DNA of 63,414 bases, the filler included. It is 9 parts of 9 records of this genome, joined end to end, with 100 filler letters (N's around TTAATTAATTAA, not from the genome) between each part and the next. Parts side by side here need not be neighbours in the genome. Positions count along the whole stretch, not along the records: positions 1 to 13,108 come from SRR7504441_136; 8 more parts are not named here. One strand, 5' to 3'. How positions within the stretch are numbered: the stretch's first letter is position 1; each line of letters starts with the position of its first letter. Positions 1-12,182 of the stretch are shown here, one piece after another. The notes under the pieces were generated by a model. It had not been told where the DNA came from. It did no database searches and was given only the letters and a program-made list of their open reading frames with translations. The position numbers were made by a program, and so were the translations under genes.

Positions 1-39
1 CAGCAGCTAGCCAGCAGCTAGCCAGCAGCTAGCCAGCAG
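1..39. repeat. 11-bp tandem repeat (CAGCAGCTAGC) x3.5
   Basis: Directly visible at the window start. Confidence 0.9.
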
Positions 40-284
40 TCGGCTTGCTTTATCGGATCTCCAGGGGACGCATAGTACTCGGCTACTATCCGGCTAGTTT
101 CAGCACTTTCTTCACACTTTGAATAACAAGTCATCAGCCGGTTGAGAGGTTCGACAACTCACGTGTACTGGAAGACTCTACGAGGAAAAAGAGGGCATTC
201 ATGTTTCGGAGCTAGCTACGAATACAATCATGACATTTGCTATAGGAGCCACAATATAATCATAATCCTATGTACAATTATTGA

Positions 285-1949
285 TCATGTTTTGATATAA
301 CGATTTCCCATTCCGAAATGATCAGACCGCGGCGGCAGCGCGACACAAGCGGGAGCCTGCGCGTCGGGGATATCCACGAAGGCAATACTGGAAGGCGGCA
401 TCTCAACAGGCAGCGAAACATTGACGAGTAGCGGATGAGCAAAGCTGCTGTCTTCTGCGACCGGCTGACCGTTCATGTAAGTGGTCCGGCTGGCTAGTCC
501 AAGCTTGCCTCCGGTGAGGTGGTACTGCTGTCTGTCCTGGTCAGACGGTGCCGCGCTTAGTCCGCTCAGCTCAACTTGCAAGGTCTGATCAGGTGACAGA
601 TTGATCAGTGCCAGGGTGACATCGGAAGGATAGAGTCCACACATGGCATAGCCTCGCAATGTCTGGTTGCCTGGCATCGTGATATTCACTGCAAGTGCAT
701 GAGCCGACATGAGCCTCGGCCAGAGGTAGGCCACCCAGTAATCTGGATTAGGCTGCCAGCTCTGCCGGTCCACGAGCTCATAGTAACCACCTACAATCGC
801 CTGCCTGGCCAGCACAGCCAGTCCCTCAGCCGCCATCGAGCCCAGCGCATCGAGATACCACAACGATGACTCGAATGCATCCGAGACCCCGTGGACTCCA
901 CTCCCGGCGCAGCTGGCCGCTTCGCCCAGCCAGAGCTCCGGTACTGTCGACGCATTCGAGTACGCAGCGCGGATCAGGCTGTGGAAAGTACGCGCTTTGT
1001 CGACATGTCTGTTGAGAAACTCCGGGGTGGGGAGCTCTCTGGCGAGCACCCCTGGAGCATGATCGGCCGAGTGTCCATCGTAATTGTGGAAGGTGAAGGC
1101 ATCCAGCACTGCGGGTCGGGCTTGCAAGTTGGACAGGAAGAGCTCCGCCCACGAGGAGCAGCAAGGGTTCATGTCCGGGCCTATCAGCTTGGGCCGCCCG
1201 CCCTCTGGCCAGATCTCGTCGATCATACCTCGAAGCTCGACAAACTGCTCGGCGTGAAACTGTGCAGACAGCCCCGGGTGTACGGCGCCGGGTGTATCGT
1301 GCACCGGGCCTTGGATTTCATTCCCGAGCTCAAACCCGAACAACGAGCCGTCTTCTACGAACCGGCGCTGCCTGGAGTACTCCAGTAGCGCCCGCACGTT
1401 GGCGCTGTCCCAACGGACTCCGGCCCGCACTCCTTTCTTCCCAAGGTATCCAACCGTCATGTTGGCACTCAGCGCGTTTAGGCCCAGGACGAGCCGGAGG
1501 TTGGACTGCCGGGCGAACAGGTTGAGCTCATCCCAACGGTCCATGCTCAAGCAGAGCGGGCCCGGGCAGCTGGACAGCCAGGGGCCGCTGCTGGCCGTCC
1601 GTCGGAGCACAGGCCGCGGGTGTCCGCCGACATCGTACACAACGCTGTCGGCTGGGCCGCCCCCGATCCGCAGCAGCCCCTGACCATAGGGCGAGAGTGC
1701 GCGGGCCAGCGGAGCCAGGCGGGTGAGGTTGGCGCGGAGGGCGGAGGCCAGGTGCCAGTCGCAGTCGGCGGGAGGAACGGTCGGTTGCTCGAGCGCGCAC
1801 AGGTGCCAGTCCATCGTGATCGAGACTAGCCTGGAGCTGCTGTTGGCCAGCAGCGCCGAGCCGTCCACGCGCAGCCGGGCCGGTTGATGGCCGCGGGCGA
1901 GGAGGAGCGAGAGACAGAACAGCACTGTGCACCGCCGTCGAGCCTCCAT
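285..1949 (-). CDS. Secreted heparanase-like glycoside hydrolase family 79
   Basis: Signal peptide after Met at 1949; motifs LRIGGGPAD, FELGNE (acid/base Glu), LWLGEAAS (nucleophile Glu), WYLDALG, RQAIVGGYY, PNPDYW. Apparently intronless. Confidence 0.9.
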   Translation of the reverse strand: MEARRRCTVLFCLSLLLARGHQPARLRVDGSALLANSSSRLVSITMDWHLCALEQPTVPPADCDWHLASALRANLTRLAPLARALSPYGQGLLRIGGGPADSVVYDVGGHPRPVLRRTASSGPWLSSCPGPLCLSMDRWDELNLFARQSNLRLVLGLNALSANMTVGYLGKKGVRAGVRWDSANVRALLEYSRQRRFVEDGSLFGFELGNEIQGPVHDTPGAVHPGLSAQFHAEQFVELRGMIDEIWPEGGRPKLIGPDMNPCCSSWAELFLSNLQARPAVLDAFTFHNYDGHSADHAPGVLARELPTPEFLNRHVDKARTFHSLIRAAYSNASTVPELWLGEAASCAGSGVHGVSDAFESSLWYLDALGSMAAEGLAVLARQAIVGGYYELVDRQSWQPNPDYWVAYLWPRLMSAHALAVNITMPGNQTLRGYAMCGLYPSDVTLALINLSPDQTLQVELSGLSAAPSDQDRQQYHLTGGKLGLASRTTYMNGQPVAEDSSFAHPLLVNVSLPVEMPPSSIAFVDIPDAQAPACVALPPRSDHFGMGNRYIKT

Positions 1950-1974
1950 TCGTCGATCCGCGGTAGAAGTGATT

Positions 1975-1980
1975 CCGTTA
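1975..1980. promoter_or_regulatory. CCGTTA (TAACGG) motif in a 47-bp divergent gap
   Basis: Lies between ATG 1949 (-) and ATG 1997 (+); same motif recurs in other divergent gaps. Confidence 0.6.
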
Positions 1981-1996
1981 TCCCGGCCTCGCAAGC

Positions 1997-2561
1997 ATGA
2001 CCAGCCAGCGACTGGAGCAGCCGTACACTACCGGCTGGTCCGACCGTGGGCAGAGCGAGCGGCTGGTTGCGTTTCCGGTAGTCGACCGTCAGGAGGAGCT
2101 GCTGCTCGCCGCCTACAACAACCAGCTCCGCTTGGCCACTGAGCTCCTGCGCGACCCCGAGGCTGCGAATCGCAAAGACAAGGCCAGCCGGCCTCCGGCC
2201 CGCCCTGAGTTCGGGGTGCAGTTTAGGCGCACGGCCCTCCACTGCGCGGCGTACAGAGGGCACCAGGAGGTGGCAGAGGCGCTGCTGCGGGCGGGGGCGA
2301 TGGTGGGTGCTGCCCGCGCCGAGCGGACTGAATCTTCGCAGCCGGAGCCGCGGGACGATAACGGAAACACGCCGCTGCACTTGGCGTCCGCGCAGGGGCA
2401 CGAGCGGGTGGTGGCGCTGCTGGTGGGCCACGGGGCACACTGCGGCACCACCAATCAGGTGAGCGGCTGCTGGCCAGGGCTCAGACTGTTGGTAGTTTGG
2501 GGAGACTGCGGCAGACATGGCGGCTGACGCTGGCATCAGAGTCGCACTCAGCGGGCGGTGA
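1997..2561 (+). CDS. Small ankyrin-repeat protein (spliced)
   Basis: TALHCAAYRGH and GNTPLHLASAQGH repeats; introns of about 37-39 nt including a GC-AG intron at 2183-2221; last exon FGETAADMA...SGR*. Confidence 0.8.
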
Positions 2562-2767
2562 CCGTCTAGTTGGACTCCTGGTGAAGAGCAGATCGAGCCA
2601 GCCCAGACAGGCTCTCAAGCAAGATAATATCACATAAGTATCACGGGATGTACAGTACTATAGTGCATGCTCGTACTACTCACGTAAATACGGAGCATTT
2701 TAGCCTCAAGCCGCAATGCTAGAATCCGTCGGATTTCATAATTAATCGAACCGGTCTTTTGGCACGG

Positions 2768-3754
2768 TTATCGTGTCTCGGCTATTGGCGGCAATGCATG
2801 CGACACGTGTCCTCCCAACGACATGGTCGACGACGCAGCCCCGCCACCGTCGGCTTGGCGACCGAGCACCACTCGCAGCGCGGCGGCGCACAGCGCTTCC
2901 TCGGGCAGGCTCCCGTCGAGCAAAGCAACCTGCAGCTCCGGCCGCTTCTCGAGCATCTCTTGGTACTCTTGGTGACTTGGCCAAATCAGTTGCTCGAAAT
3001 ACTCAGCCGGGACTGGTTTACTGGCCGCCCGCCTGGCCTGGCAGGTCTGCCGGTCGATGTCGATCCAAAGGCGCCAGTCCATGGCACTCGCCAGCACAGA
3101 GTCGTAAAAGCACCGGAAGCCCTCCGCAATCACCTGCAATTGCCAATCAAACCGTACAACAGCCGCCACACCCAGTCCATCCCCGCCTGGGAGGCGGCAG
3201 CAAACACCTTCTCCCGGAATGCTTGGTGGTCCAGCGCCCTGCCGCCCGATTCGGCCGGCACCCCCGAACAAGCCGCACTCCGACGCCTCCCAATTCCCGC
3301 CCAGCGCCGCCACTCGTTCGACTACAAAATGCCGGTCCTGGCAGAGCACCACCGCCCGGTCCTCCCCGAGCGCCTGCCGCAGTCCGCGCGCCAGCCGACT
3401 CTTCCCAGCCCGGGTGCATCCAGAGATCCCGATGATCTTACCGCCGCACGCCTGCCGCCCGCCCGCTGCTCGGGTGCTCGTCGCCAGCGCCAGCTCATCT
3501 GACCCAGTCGCGAACTCGGCGCGCGCCACCGTCTTGCCCCAGGCCCGGGCGGCCCGCTGCGCATCCACGCGGCCCGCCACGCGCGCCAGGGCTCGGGCCA
3601 CCACCCAGCTAGTCCGGCCGCTCTTGGTCGGCTGCATCACCGGCTCGTCGGCAACAGCCGGTGGGCGTGGCCGGGCGGCTGGCTGGTGGTTTTGATCCAG
3701 CGGTGTGGAATCGGAGCCTTCCTCTTCCACTTCCGACGGGCCACACACGCCCAT
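2768..3754 (-). CDS. Nicotinamide riboside kinase / uridine kinase-like P-loop kinase
   Basis: IIGISGCTRAGKS P-loop, CQDRHF; splicing two introns (40 and 38 nt) gives NWEASEALDH...VIAEGF; YFEQLIWP. Confidence 0.75.
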   Translation of the reverse strand: MGVCGPSEVEEEGSDSTPLDQNHQPAARPRPPAVADEPVMQPTKSGRTSWVVARALARVAGRVDAQRAARAWGKTVARAEFATGSDELALATSTRAAGGRQACGGKIIGISGCTRAGKSRLARGLRQALGEDRAVVLCQDRHFVVERVAALGGNWEASECGLFGGAGRIGRQGAGPPSIPGEGVCCRLPGGDGLGVAAVVRFDWQLQVIAEGFRCFYDSVLASAMDWRLWIDIDRQTCQARRAASKPVPAEYFEQLIWPSHQEYQEMLEKRPELQVALLDGSLPEEALCAAALRVVLGRQADGGGAASSTMSLGGHVSHALPPIAETR

Positions 3755-3934
3755 TGGCTGCCTGTCTGGGACTTGGAGGCCGTTATGATTTTCGTTTATT
3801 TTTACAGCGTAATCCTAATCGGTTCAGGCCTTCCGTTGGGAATCGTACTAAGAGTAACTCTAAGTAACTCTAAGGGGTTAGGGGTACCATGGGGTGAGGT
3901 GAACAGGTCTGTAGTAAGCTGTTGCACGCTACTC

Positions 3935-6309
3935 TTACGCTACATTTAGCGCTTCCTTGATCCAAGGAAACACCCCGATTCGGATGTTAGTTGACCCGAA
4001 AGGCACCAACCGGAGTGTCTGCTCATTTGGGGAGCATCGGGCCTTGGAACAGTCCACGGGCGAAGCGGGGGGCACATCGGTGTCGTTGCTTCCACTCCAG
4101 TAGGTCCACTCCTCCACCTGCCGCCCCCAGTCATTCAACCGCAGCTTTGCTGGCACCTGGCGGGCCGGCACTGTGATTGAGAAAGGGAACTCGCCGCTGT
4201 CGTCAAATGGAAACTCGATTGACCAGCCAGCACTCGGTGTCGGGTCGAACTTGAGTCTCGAGCCGGTCTGCCCGTCGCCAGGGAGTACAAGACCAAAGTT
4301 CCAGGTATCATTGGTCGAAATCTGATAGTCGACCGCCCGCGGGCGTGCAGGAAGAAGATTTGAGTAGTTCTGGATTACAACTCGCGTCTCGTGAGGATGC
4401 AGCGCAAACACTAGCGGGCCGCGGCTAACCCCGGCGGCATTGGTGCTTTCATTCCCCCAGCCGTACTCAACCCGGACCGCAGGCCTCAGCTCAACAAGCA
4501 GTTTGGTCTCACCAGGTGGGCAGCTCGCCACTGCCAGGGTACCATTGGCTACAGGCCGGCCGTTGACAGTTGCTTGGTCGGCCCAGCCTGGGATCCTGAG
4601 CTTGACAGAGGTGGCCAGTCGCGCCGTGACCGTTATGCTCGCCGAATCCCCGAAAGGATACGACGAGTCAACCAGAATTGTGGCGTTGGCAGTTGTGGCG
4701 TTGGCCGGCACCATAGAGGCCACAACGATTGCGCCGTCGGTCGGGTCCGTGACGATTGAGTGCATTGCAAACTTTGGCCAACCTGCCAACGGCTCAGCAC
4801 CTCCGACAGCGCGGTCCACCTTGAGGGAAATTCGTAATGCAGCACGCTGCCCGTACAGCTCAGCTCGAGCCGGCAGGGCGCACTCACGGAAGTGACTCAC
4901 GCCGTAATAGTTTGCTGTCTGGTCCTCTCCGGAGGGTCGGCCGAGCTTGCCGCACCCGTCACACTTGGGACCGGTGCGGCCCGCAAACACTGAATTCGCC
5001 TGCTGCACGTAGACATGCGTCCACCTAGCAAACGCTCAGATTGGACACGCAGCGCCTCACATGTCGGCAGTGAGCGCTGCGGGGAGGGCGTTGAACGCTA
5101 GTCGCTCCATTCGATCAAGCAAGCTGAGCTCGCCAAGAGTGATAAAACCAAACGCCAACGAGGCAATAGCCTCAACTACCGCACACGTCTCGGTTCCACG
5201 GTTCGGGTCGCGGCCACAGAACACCTCGTCGGCGCAAAAGAGTGATTGGAACTGGGCCTGCCGCCAGCTGCAGGGTGAGGTGGCAGTGGGCGCACCTGGT
5301 ATTTGTCGAGGGTCGACAGTGCAAACTGCATCTGAGCAGCATCAGACGCGTTCGAGCTCATTCGAAAGGCAACCGACGGCCACCGGAGAGCGCCCTCGGC
5401 GTTGTTGACGCCGTGGTCGTTAGTGTTCCAGTAGGCCACCGCCCCGGTTGGGAACTTGATAGGACCTGTCCGATGGTAGTAGCCATACCAATCCATGCCC
5501 CTCGCTTGGAACTGTCGCGACGCCGCCAGCAGCATCTTAACAGTCTGAGCGCCGCCCAACGGCATCACTGCAGGGTCGGCCCCGTACTTGGGCACAAGCC
5601 AGTCGACAACGTACTGGCAGAGCTCGACGAATGTCGGCCAGCGCGTCTGAGCCCACTTGATGATTGGATCAGATGACAGCAGGCCAGCCTCGGCCGCCAG
5701 GTGTGCCACCACCGCCACCGCCACCTCGCGCTCAATCGCCGGGTGCGCCTGCGCGTAATTGAGTAGCGACCGGAGCATATTCAACGGATCCCACAGTCCG
5801 TGCCCGTTGGCGTCCCCGGGCTCATTCGTGTACGGCCCGATCCACCCGTTGGTCAAGTTCCTGTGGTCGAGCACATAACGGACCCACCGGTCCACCACAT
5901 CTGACAGCCCGAGATCCGGGTCCAGCCGGCCCCCGGCCTGGGCGGCCTCGAGCAGCGCCACCAGCGGCACGTTACCGTTCATCCAATACGGGAGCCACTG
6001 GGTGGTCCCATGAGTGACATGCCCGTCCCCGCCGACCCACAGGCTCGAGTTGACCGTGTCCGCCCCCGGGAAGGTTGACTTGGCCATCCAACCCGAGAGC
6101 GAGTTGGCCTGACGCACCAGCTGCTCCTTGAGCCAGCCAGCCGGCGCCAGACGCCCGAGCTGGAGCGGTCGGTAGGCCGGTGCGGCCAGCTGGGTGGGCG
6201 GTGGGTCGAGCGCTGAGGCGGTGCACTGGCCGGTACAGAGCAGCTCGGTCGGCCGGTGGGCGTGCGCCCCCAGCGAGAAGAGCAGCAGAGAGAAGATCAG
6301 GGCGGCCAT
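3935..6309 (-). CDS. Secreted beta-L-arabinofuranosidase-like protein (GH127/GH146-like)
   Basis: Signal peptide; PAGWLKEQL, HGVN, GTETCAVVE, ERLAFNALP; spliced FPCCITNFPQGWPK; YPF, LRIPGW, RGPLVFAL, LVPFG. At least five introns of 36-41 nt. Confidence 0.85.
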
Positions 6310-6345
6310 GTGCTGCAGTGAGACGAGAACGCCTAGTCTGGGAAG

Positions 6346-6351
6346 TAACGG
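6346..6351. promoter_or_regulatory. TAACGG motif in a 55-bp divergent gap
   Basis: Between ATG 6309 (-) and ATG 6365 (+). Confidence 0.6.
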
Positions 6352-6364
6352 ATCTCCAACTGAC

Positions 6365-6914
6365 ATGGTGTGGCCGTTCACCGGCAAGTCGCTCAGCGAG
6401 CGCCTCGGCGCCAAGGGTACCTCTCAGGCCTCTGGCGCTCCCCGAGCCCCGTGGGACAGCGGAGGCGGTCCAGGCTAAGGTGAAGGATCAGATGGCCACG
6501 CAGTTGGCGCTCCAGCGCGAGATCCAGATGTCAGTCCAGATCGCCCAGGCCCGGGACATGCTCCAGTGGTACGGCGGGCTCTACAGCGTTGCTGTGACTG
6601 CAATCACTGTCGGCCTGGCGACTGGAAAGCCGGTGCCGCCAGTGGCTGCGATCCCGGTTGTGATGGGCGGCTTCGCGCTGACCAACATGGCTGACCTGGC
6701 ATATGGGAATAAAATGGTGCGGGTTGTGCGCGAGGCACAGAACATTCTGGAGCACGAGCGGCCGAGGCTGGTGCCGCCCAAGCAAGCCATCTTCTATGAC
6801 AAGTATTCCGAGGAGGAGAAGGCGGCCTACCCAAACACCCACCCAGTGTCCACGTACTGGCCCTCGATGCTGCCCTGGCATTTCGAGGAGCCGGCCCTGG
6901 AGGTTCCAAAGTAG
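6365..6914 (+). CDS. PLGRKT: Plasminogen receptor (KT)-like small membrane protein
   Basis: QMSVQIAQARDMLQWYGG...two hydrophobic segments...DLAYGNKMVRVVREAQNILEHE; intron 6417-6459. Confidence 0.75.
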
Positions 6915-6957
6915 CCGGTATGCTCCGAACGTGTTACGGTAGTTACGATAGATTTAA

Positions 6958-9900
6958 TTAGCATGCAAACTGCATGGCCATAGCTTCGTGCTCGCGTACC
7001 TTCCGGGCATCAATTAACGTGAAGAAGTCTTTTTGCTGTAACTCTAGCTCAGTGATTAGCAACGGCACTGTGGACAGCATGTCGTCATCTGTCACTTGGA
7101 ACTGGACCCTGTCGCTCGCATTGTCGGCCTCAATCATTTGAAGAGTATCTGCAAGCCGGCCGACGGCCTTGTTCTGGATCTCCGGACTACTCATTTCGGA
7201 CTCGCTCAGACCGCCAAAGTACTCTCGCATCGCCTCAGCCACGAGCATGGCCGCGTGCTTTGGATCGAACTCGGCCCTCGTCACCAGCAGCCCAGCAAGC
7301 ACGAACCTCACTACTGTCACAGATTCCGGCCAGCGGGGTGCGTGCCCGGGCTCGCGATACTGCTCGGACCGCTCGACTTCTCGGACCGAGAAGATTGTCT
7401 TGAGCAGGAATTTGGTCACCGTGAACAGCAGGCCTTGCTTCCAGTCGTCGTAATCCCAGGGCTGGCCAGGCCCGCCCACATCCAAAGGCAGCGGACAATT
7501 GTCACGGTTCATCTCGCTATCGCCAAACCTGCCACACTGTCGCTCAGAGCTGTACACAGTTGCTATAGACCAGAACAGCAGCCCGAGCTCAACATTCGCC
7601 ACCCGCAGCCGACCTTGCCTGTCTGGCGCCCCCCAGGCTGCACCACTCAAGTTGTGGCTTCCCATGTAGCACCAACTACAATCTCCAAACCTGCCACGCA
7701 TATTCAGCCGAGCGACCCCGATGCTGCCACTGCCTGCGAATGCAGATCTTGCTGTGATTGTGGAGCAAAGGCTCGCTGTTTGGAGGTTGACTAGCCGGCC
7801 AGCACTTGCGTAGCAGCCCTGATTGGTAAACTTGCCATGCTGCCCCACCGCCAATCCTCAGATAAAGCCTCCCACCAGGCTGCTGACCTGCAAACATCTG
7901 CTTTCCACCAAGCCCAACGCCACACGCCCCGACAATTGTCTCTGGTCGCTGCCACAGCCCGACTGACAGGTCGCCCCTGGCCTTGCTGAAGTTAACCCGT
8001 CTGTCGTTGATGGAGGCTTTGTCCTTCTGATCAAGTCCAGAGATTTCACCCAGCTGCGCCTTGGACAAGGTCGAGGCCACAAACGATTTGCCACTGGCTG
8101 CTTCACAGAATGCGCAAAGCCAGGCATGATCCATCCCGAGGCAAGGCGAGATGCACCCAAACACGACCTCCGGGCCTGGGTCTGCGGTTCGGCTGGCGAT
8201 CGCTTGCTTGAGCGCGTGCAGTCCCTGGTTGATCACCTGTGAAAGCCCTGAGAGCTGCTCTACTAGGATGGGAGCACCATCCTGCAGCTCAGCGCCCGCC
8301 ACTCGGGCATCCTCAGCGTGTCGTCAAACCTGCAGGAGCCGGTTGAGGCTGCTAGCGCCAAATGTGACCGTGAGCCCTTGAGGATCTCAAACGTGAGCCT
8401 CAGCGAAGTAAAGTCGTCCTTGCTGTCGTTGTGCGCTACGGCAGTCTACCGGCAGCCACACTCACACAGCGCACGCACACAGCGCACCGCAATCTCAAGT
8501 CCGCCATGGTCGGCCAGCGTGCGTAACGAACGGCTCAGCTCTGGGGGTATCCGACCCAGTACCCACTCCGCTGTTGGCCCGGTCGCTACCACCTCATACT
8601 CGTCCTCATTCTCGCGAAGCTCGACAGGCGTCTCGTCGTCCTCGTCGAGCAGATCTAACCTGGAGCGGCAGGATAGAGCGGCAGGCAGGGCGTATCAGCA
8701 GCACCGGCTAGGGCCGCACAGATGGCGGTAGTACAGCGAGCATTTGACAAACCCGATTGATCGACTGGACAAACTAACCCTGTTGCACGCCTCGATGTTG
8801 TAGCCCGGGGTGCTTGCAATCAAGTGAATCCCGTCCGGCACGGTGCTGAAGTCGTAAAGAGAGAGGTGCTCCTAGAGACAAGCTCAGCCGGCCCGGCTGA
8901 GAAAACAACCTGCCATCGGGCCTGCCCGGGAAGGTAACCGTCAATCCCGTGGGCGTTGCTCAGGTTTGAGCCCACAAGCCGGGCCATCACTGCACTGAAA
9001 ACCCCGCCAAACCTGCTCTGGTCCATCAGCTGCCCCCAGTCTGCTCCTCCCGGTCGGCGAGCAAAGTCCGCAAACCACAGCGCGTTGATATACCCACCAG
9101 CGGCCTCCCAGTGGCCTGCCCATAGATTGGCGCTCGAGATGATCACCCTATCCCTGCGTGACCACAAGCAGTGCTGCAGGAGCACCGGAGGTGAGAGGCG
9201 TAATAGAGCACCATCAACTTGGGGTGGAAACATCCGACATGACGCGGATTATTCTTGTTTTGGGGCATCATAGGCGGGAATATAACCGTCACATCCTGGC
9301 CCACCGGTCGGTCCCGGATCGAGCCAAGCCCTGACCGCAGCGCATGGCAGCAGCCCTCGGAAGTCTATCAGACGCTTCTCAGGGTTTCGCGAGGAGTTGC
9401 CATGTTCTGGCGTCTTGATAGCCTGGCCGGTCACATTCAGCGGGCTCTAGCGGGGCACGGACCGCAATGATGTCGCCGACGCCCGAGTCGCATCCATTCA
9501 GATGCTTCGCGTCGCACGCCACTGTGACCGGCACGCCTGCAGGCACTCGCTTCAGTAGAGACTGCGACACCCAGCCTGCCATCCAAGCTCAGCCGCAGCC
9601 CCGCGCGGCGCACCCACCGAGGTCGCACTCAAACCCGGTCACCAGCGCCCCCTCGAGCGCCTCGCAGCCCTCCCAGAGCTCATCAAGGCTCACCACCGAG
9701 GCCAGATCCTCAGGGTCAGCAACAGCTCGCCGGAACCACCACCGACGCTGCGGCGGGACCAGGCTGGGCCGGCGCGACGGCTCGGGCAGTGGCGCGGCGT
9801 ACTCCTCGGGTGGGCTGCTCATGCACGGCCATAGCGGGGCTGCAACCGGCCGCATCGCTGTAGCAAACGTTGGCTGTGCGCACAGCTGGGTAGGCACCGG

Positions 9901-10788
9901 CGATGGAGTGGACGGCATCGCTATACGGGACCAGCACCTCGTCGGCCTCCGGGAGCGCGCTGAGAGACGAGTAAAGCTCCTCTTCGGCCACCTCTTGCGA
10001 CGCGCCTGGCGCTATCGATCAGTGGCCCGCCCGCGGCTGGGGCTCACTGTTCTCTCCCTGCAAGTGCAGGAACACAAGATTGGCCTCGAGGTCTTCCAGC
10101 TGAGTGAGTACCTGCGACCGGACTGAACCGCTCCTCGGGCCATGCAGCCACCGCACGCCAGCCCGGCTCCACATCCAGAACGGTCGCCTCGCGGAGCACT
10201 ACCAGCCGCCTGTGCTGCCCTCGCAAGTCGTGCTCCGCCAGCTGCGCCATCCCCCGGCGAATCCCCTCCAGCAGCTGGCCGCCTGCCCCGGCCATCGGCC
10301 CCGGCGCCAGCTCTCAACAGACCGGTCACGTCGTCCTGGCAGTCACGCCACAGCCGAGACAGCCGAGCCTCCAGCCGCTCCCCTGCCAGCGGAAGCCCGG
10401 TCCACGACTGCAGCACCTTGCCGGGACTCACCACTGTGAGCGCGCCCGCCCGGCCCAGCCCCGCCTGCAGCGTGCCGGCCAGCGGTCCGAGCTCGTCCGT
10501 CGGGCTGAGCGCACAAGCTACCACCAGCACCACGGCGGCATCCTGGCTGTCTCTGTCGTCCGGCAATCCGAGCACAGCCCGCTCCGGCCGCAGCTCGGGC
10601 CGCGGGCGCTTTCGGATCGCGGGCGGGGCCGCAGGCGGGGGCGCGGACGGCTCGGGTCCAGGCACCGCGACAGCGGGAGGAGGAGCTTCGGCCGAGCCGC
10701 CCTGCAGGCGGCGCATGTGGGCCACGAGCTGCCGCTTGGCCGCCTGGCTCATGAGCACCGGCGGCTCGCCCGAACTCGTGCTGTTCAT
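6958..10788 (-). CDS. Large tyrosyl-DNA phosphodiesterase 1-like (PLD superfamily) protein, multi-exon
   Basis: Spliced first motif GCFHPKLMVL...LRVIISSANL; second motif HNHSKICIR...WCYMGSHNLSGAAWG...NVELGLLF. Start and some middle exons uncertain. Confidence 0.75.
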
Positions 10789-10907
10789 CTGAACGCCTGC
10801 ACTGCGGCGCCCTGTACCGCCCGGTGCAACCCAGCAGACATCTCAAGCCCCGCTTGCGACTTTGATCAGTTTGCCGCGGCCCACTACAGCTGCCCACTGG
10901 CGAAGGC

Positions 10908-11804
10908 ATGGGCGACGCGCGCCCGGCACCAGGGGAGACTGGCACGCTGCCGGAGCAGCTGGTGGCCTCCTGCCCGGAGCGGTTGCGCCGGGCGGAGGCT
11001 GTGATCGAGCGGCGGACTTCCCGGTTCTGCGTGGTGCTGGAACGGGTTCTGGACAGCCACAACCAGATGGCCGTGATGCGGACCGCCGAGGCGCTGGGGG
11101 TGCAGCGAGTGTGGGTGGTCCAGCCCAAGCTCGAGCGGCGGCCGCGGGGCAAGCGCAAGCACGAGTCCGACGCGATCGATACCGAGCTCAGCTGCGGGAA
11201 GCGGATCATTAAAAAGTGCGACAAGTGGCTCAGCGTGCGGATCTTCTCCACCCCGGCGGAATGCGTCGCGGCGCTCCGAGCGGAGAACTGGGCGATCTGG
11301 GCGACGGCAATGGGCCCTGAGGCATTCGCCCTTGACTCATCGGCGGAGTCGCGAGCGCAGCTCTGCCCGCTGCCCAGCCGGCTGGCGCTGGTGGTGGGGC
11401 GCGAGGGGGACGGTTTGTCTCCCGAGATGCTGGCGGCGGCGGATAAGAAGGTGTTTGTGCCGATGTTCGGTTGGACAGAGTCGTTAAATCTGAGCGTGGC
11501 GACTGCGATGGTGCTGCAGCGGCTGTTTGATTGGTGCCCAGAGGCGAGAGGAGACCTCACCTCAGAGGAGCGGAAACAGCTGAGGGAGCAGTGGCATGAG
11601 CTCCTCGCGAACAACCCCACCGCTGAGGCTAAGCACCGCGAATGGCAGCAGCAGGCTGCAACGGCGGTTGGCTGCACCGCTGCCGAGGTGCCAATCCCTG
11701 CACTCCCAGACCTGCGGAGAGACAATGCTGAGTCTTGGATTCCAAAGAGCATTCGGGAAATGGAGAGCGAGGCTCTTGGACAGCGTGATAAAAGCGCCTC
11801 CTGA
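10908..11804 (+). CDS. SpoU/TrmH-family RNA 2'-O-methyltransferase
   Basis: VVLERVLDSHNQMAVMRTAEALG, ALVVGREGDGLS, VPMFGWTESLNLSVA; intronless. Confidence 0.9.
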   Translation: MGDARPAPGETGTLPEQLVASCPERLRRAEAVIERRTSRFCVVLERVLDSHNQMAVMRTAEALGVQRVWVVQPKLERRPRGKRKHESDAIDTELSCGKRIIKKCDKWLSVRIFSTPAECVAALRAENWAIWATAMGPEAFALDSSAESRAQLCPLPSRLALVVGREGDGLSPEMLAAADKKVFVPMFGWTESLNLSVATAMVLQRLFDWCPEARGDLTSEERKQLREQWHELLANNPTAEAKHREWQQQAATAVGCTAAEVPIPALPDLRRDNAESWIPKSIREMESEALGQRDKSAS

Positions 11805-11864
11805 CCAACCTTGCTAGTTTTGTGGTTATTAGAATAACACATTTCCATTTTAAAGCTTGTAAAG

Positions 11865-12182
11865 TTAGTCGTCGAGGTCTAGGACGGATGCATCCCAAGA
11901 TTCCTCTTCCGAGAGCACCAAATCGTCCTCAAAATCAGACAGCTGCTCGTCGCCCCAGTCTATCGCGCCATCCCCGGGAAGATCCAGGCTGCCAAGGGCG
12001 GGAGCCAGGTCCTGCCCACTCGGCCTGATAGCCTGCAGCCCGGTAGGATCCAGGCCGGATTGCACATAGTGGTGCATCAGCTGCTGGCAAGCGGCCGTCG
12101 CGTATTGCTCAGGACTCGTCCCGGGCTCAAAGCCCTCCATCTCTACAAATCCAGCGAACTCGGGCGGAAGCATAGCGCACAC
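11865..12182 (-). CDS. Short acidic hypothetical ORF or gene remnant
   Basis: 105-codon ORF with acidic tail, preceded by an acceptor-like GCAG; no recognisable domain. Confidence 0.3.
   Translation of the reverse strand: MCAMLPPEFAGFVEMEGFEPGTSPEQYATAACQQLMHHYVQSGLDPTGLQAIRPSGQDLAPALGSLDLPGDGAIDWGDEQLSDFEDDLVLSEEESWDASVLDLDD

Noticed and set aside
3850-3895. Short AGTAACTCTA duplication and a GGGTTAGGG telomere-like word
   Set aside because: Only one or two units; not an array.
7691-7733. GC donor in the TDP1-like gene
   Set aside because: A GT donor 3 nt away gives an equally valid frame, so it was not counted as GC-AG evidence.
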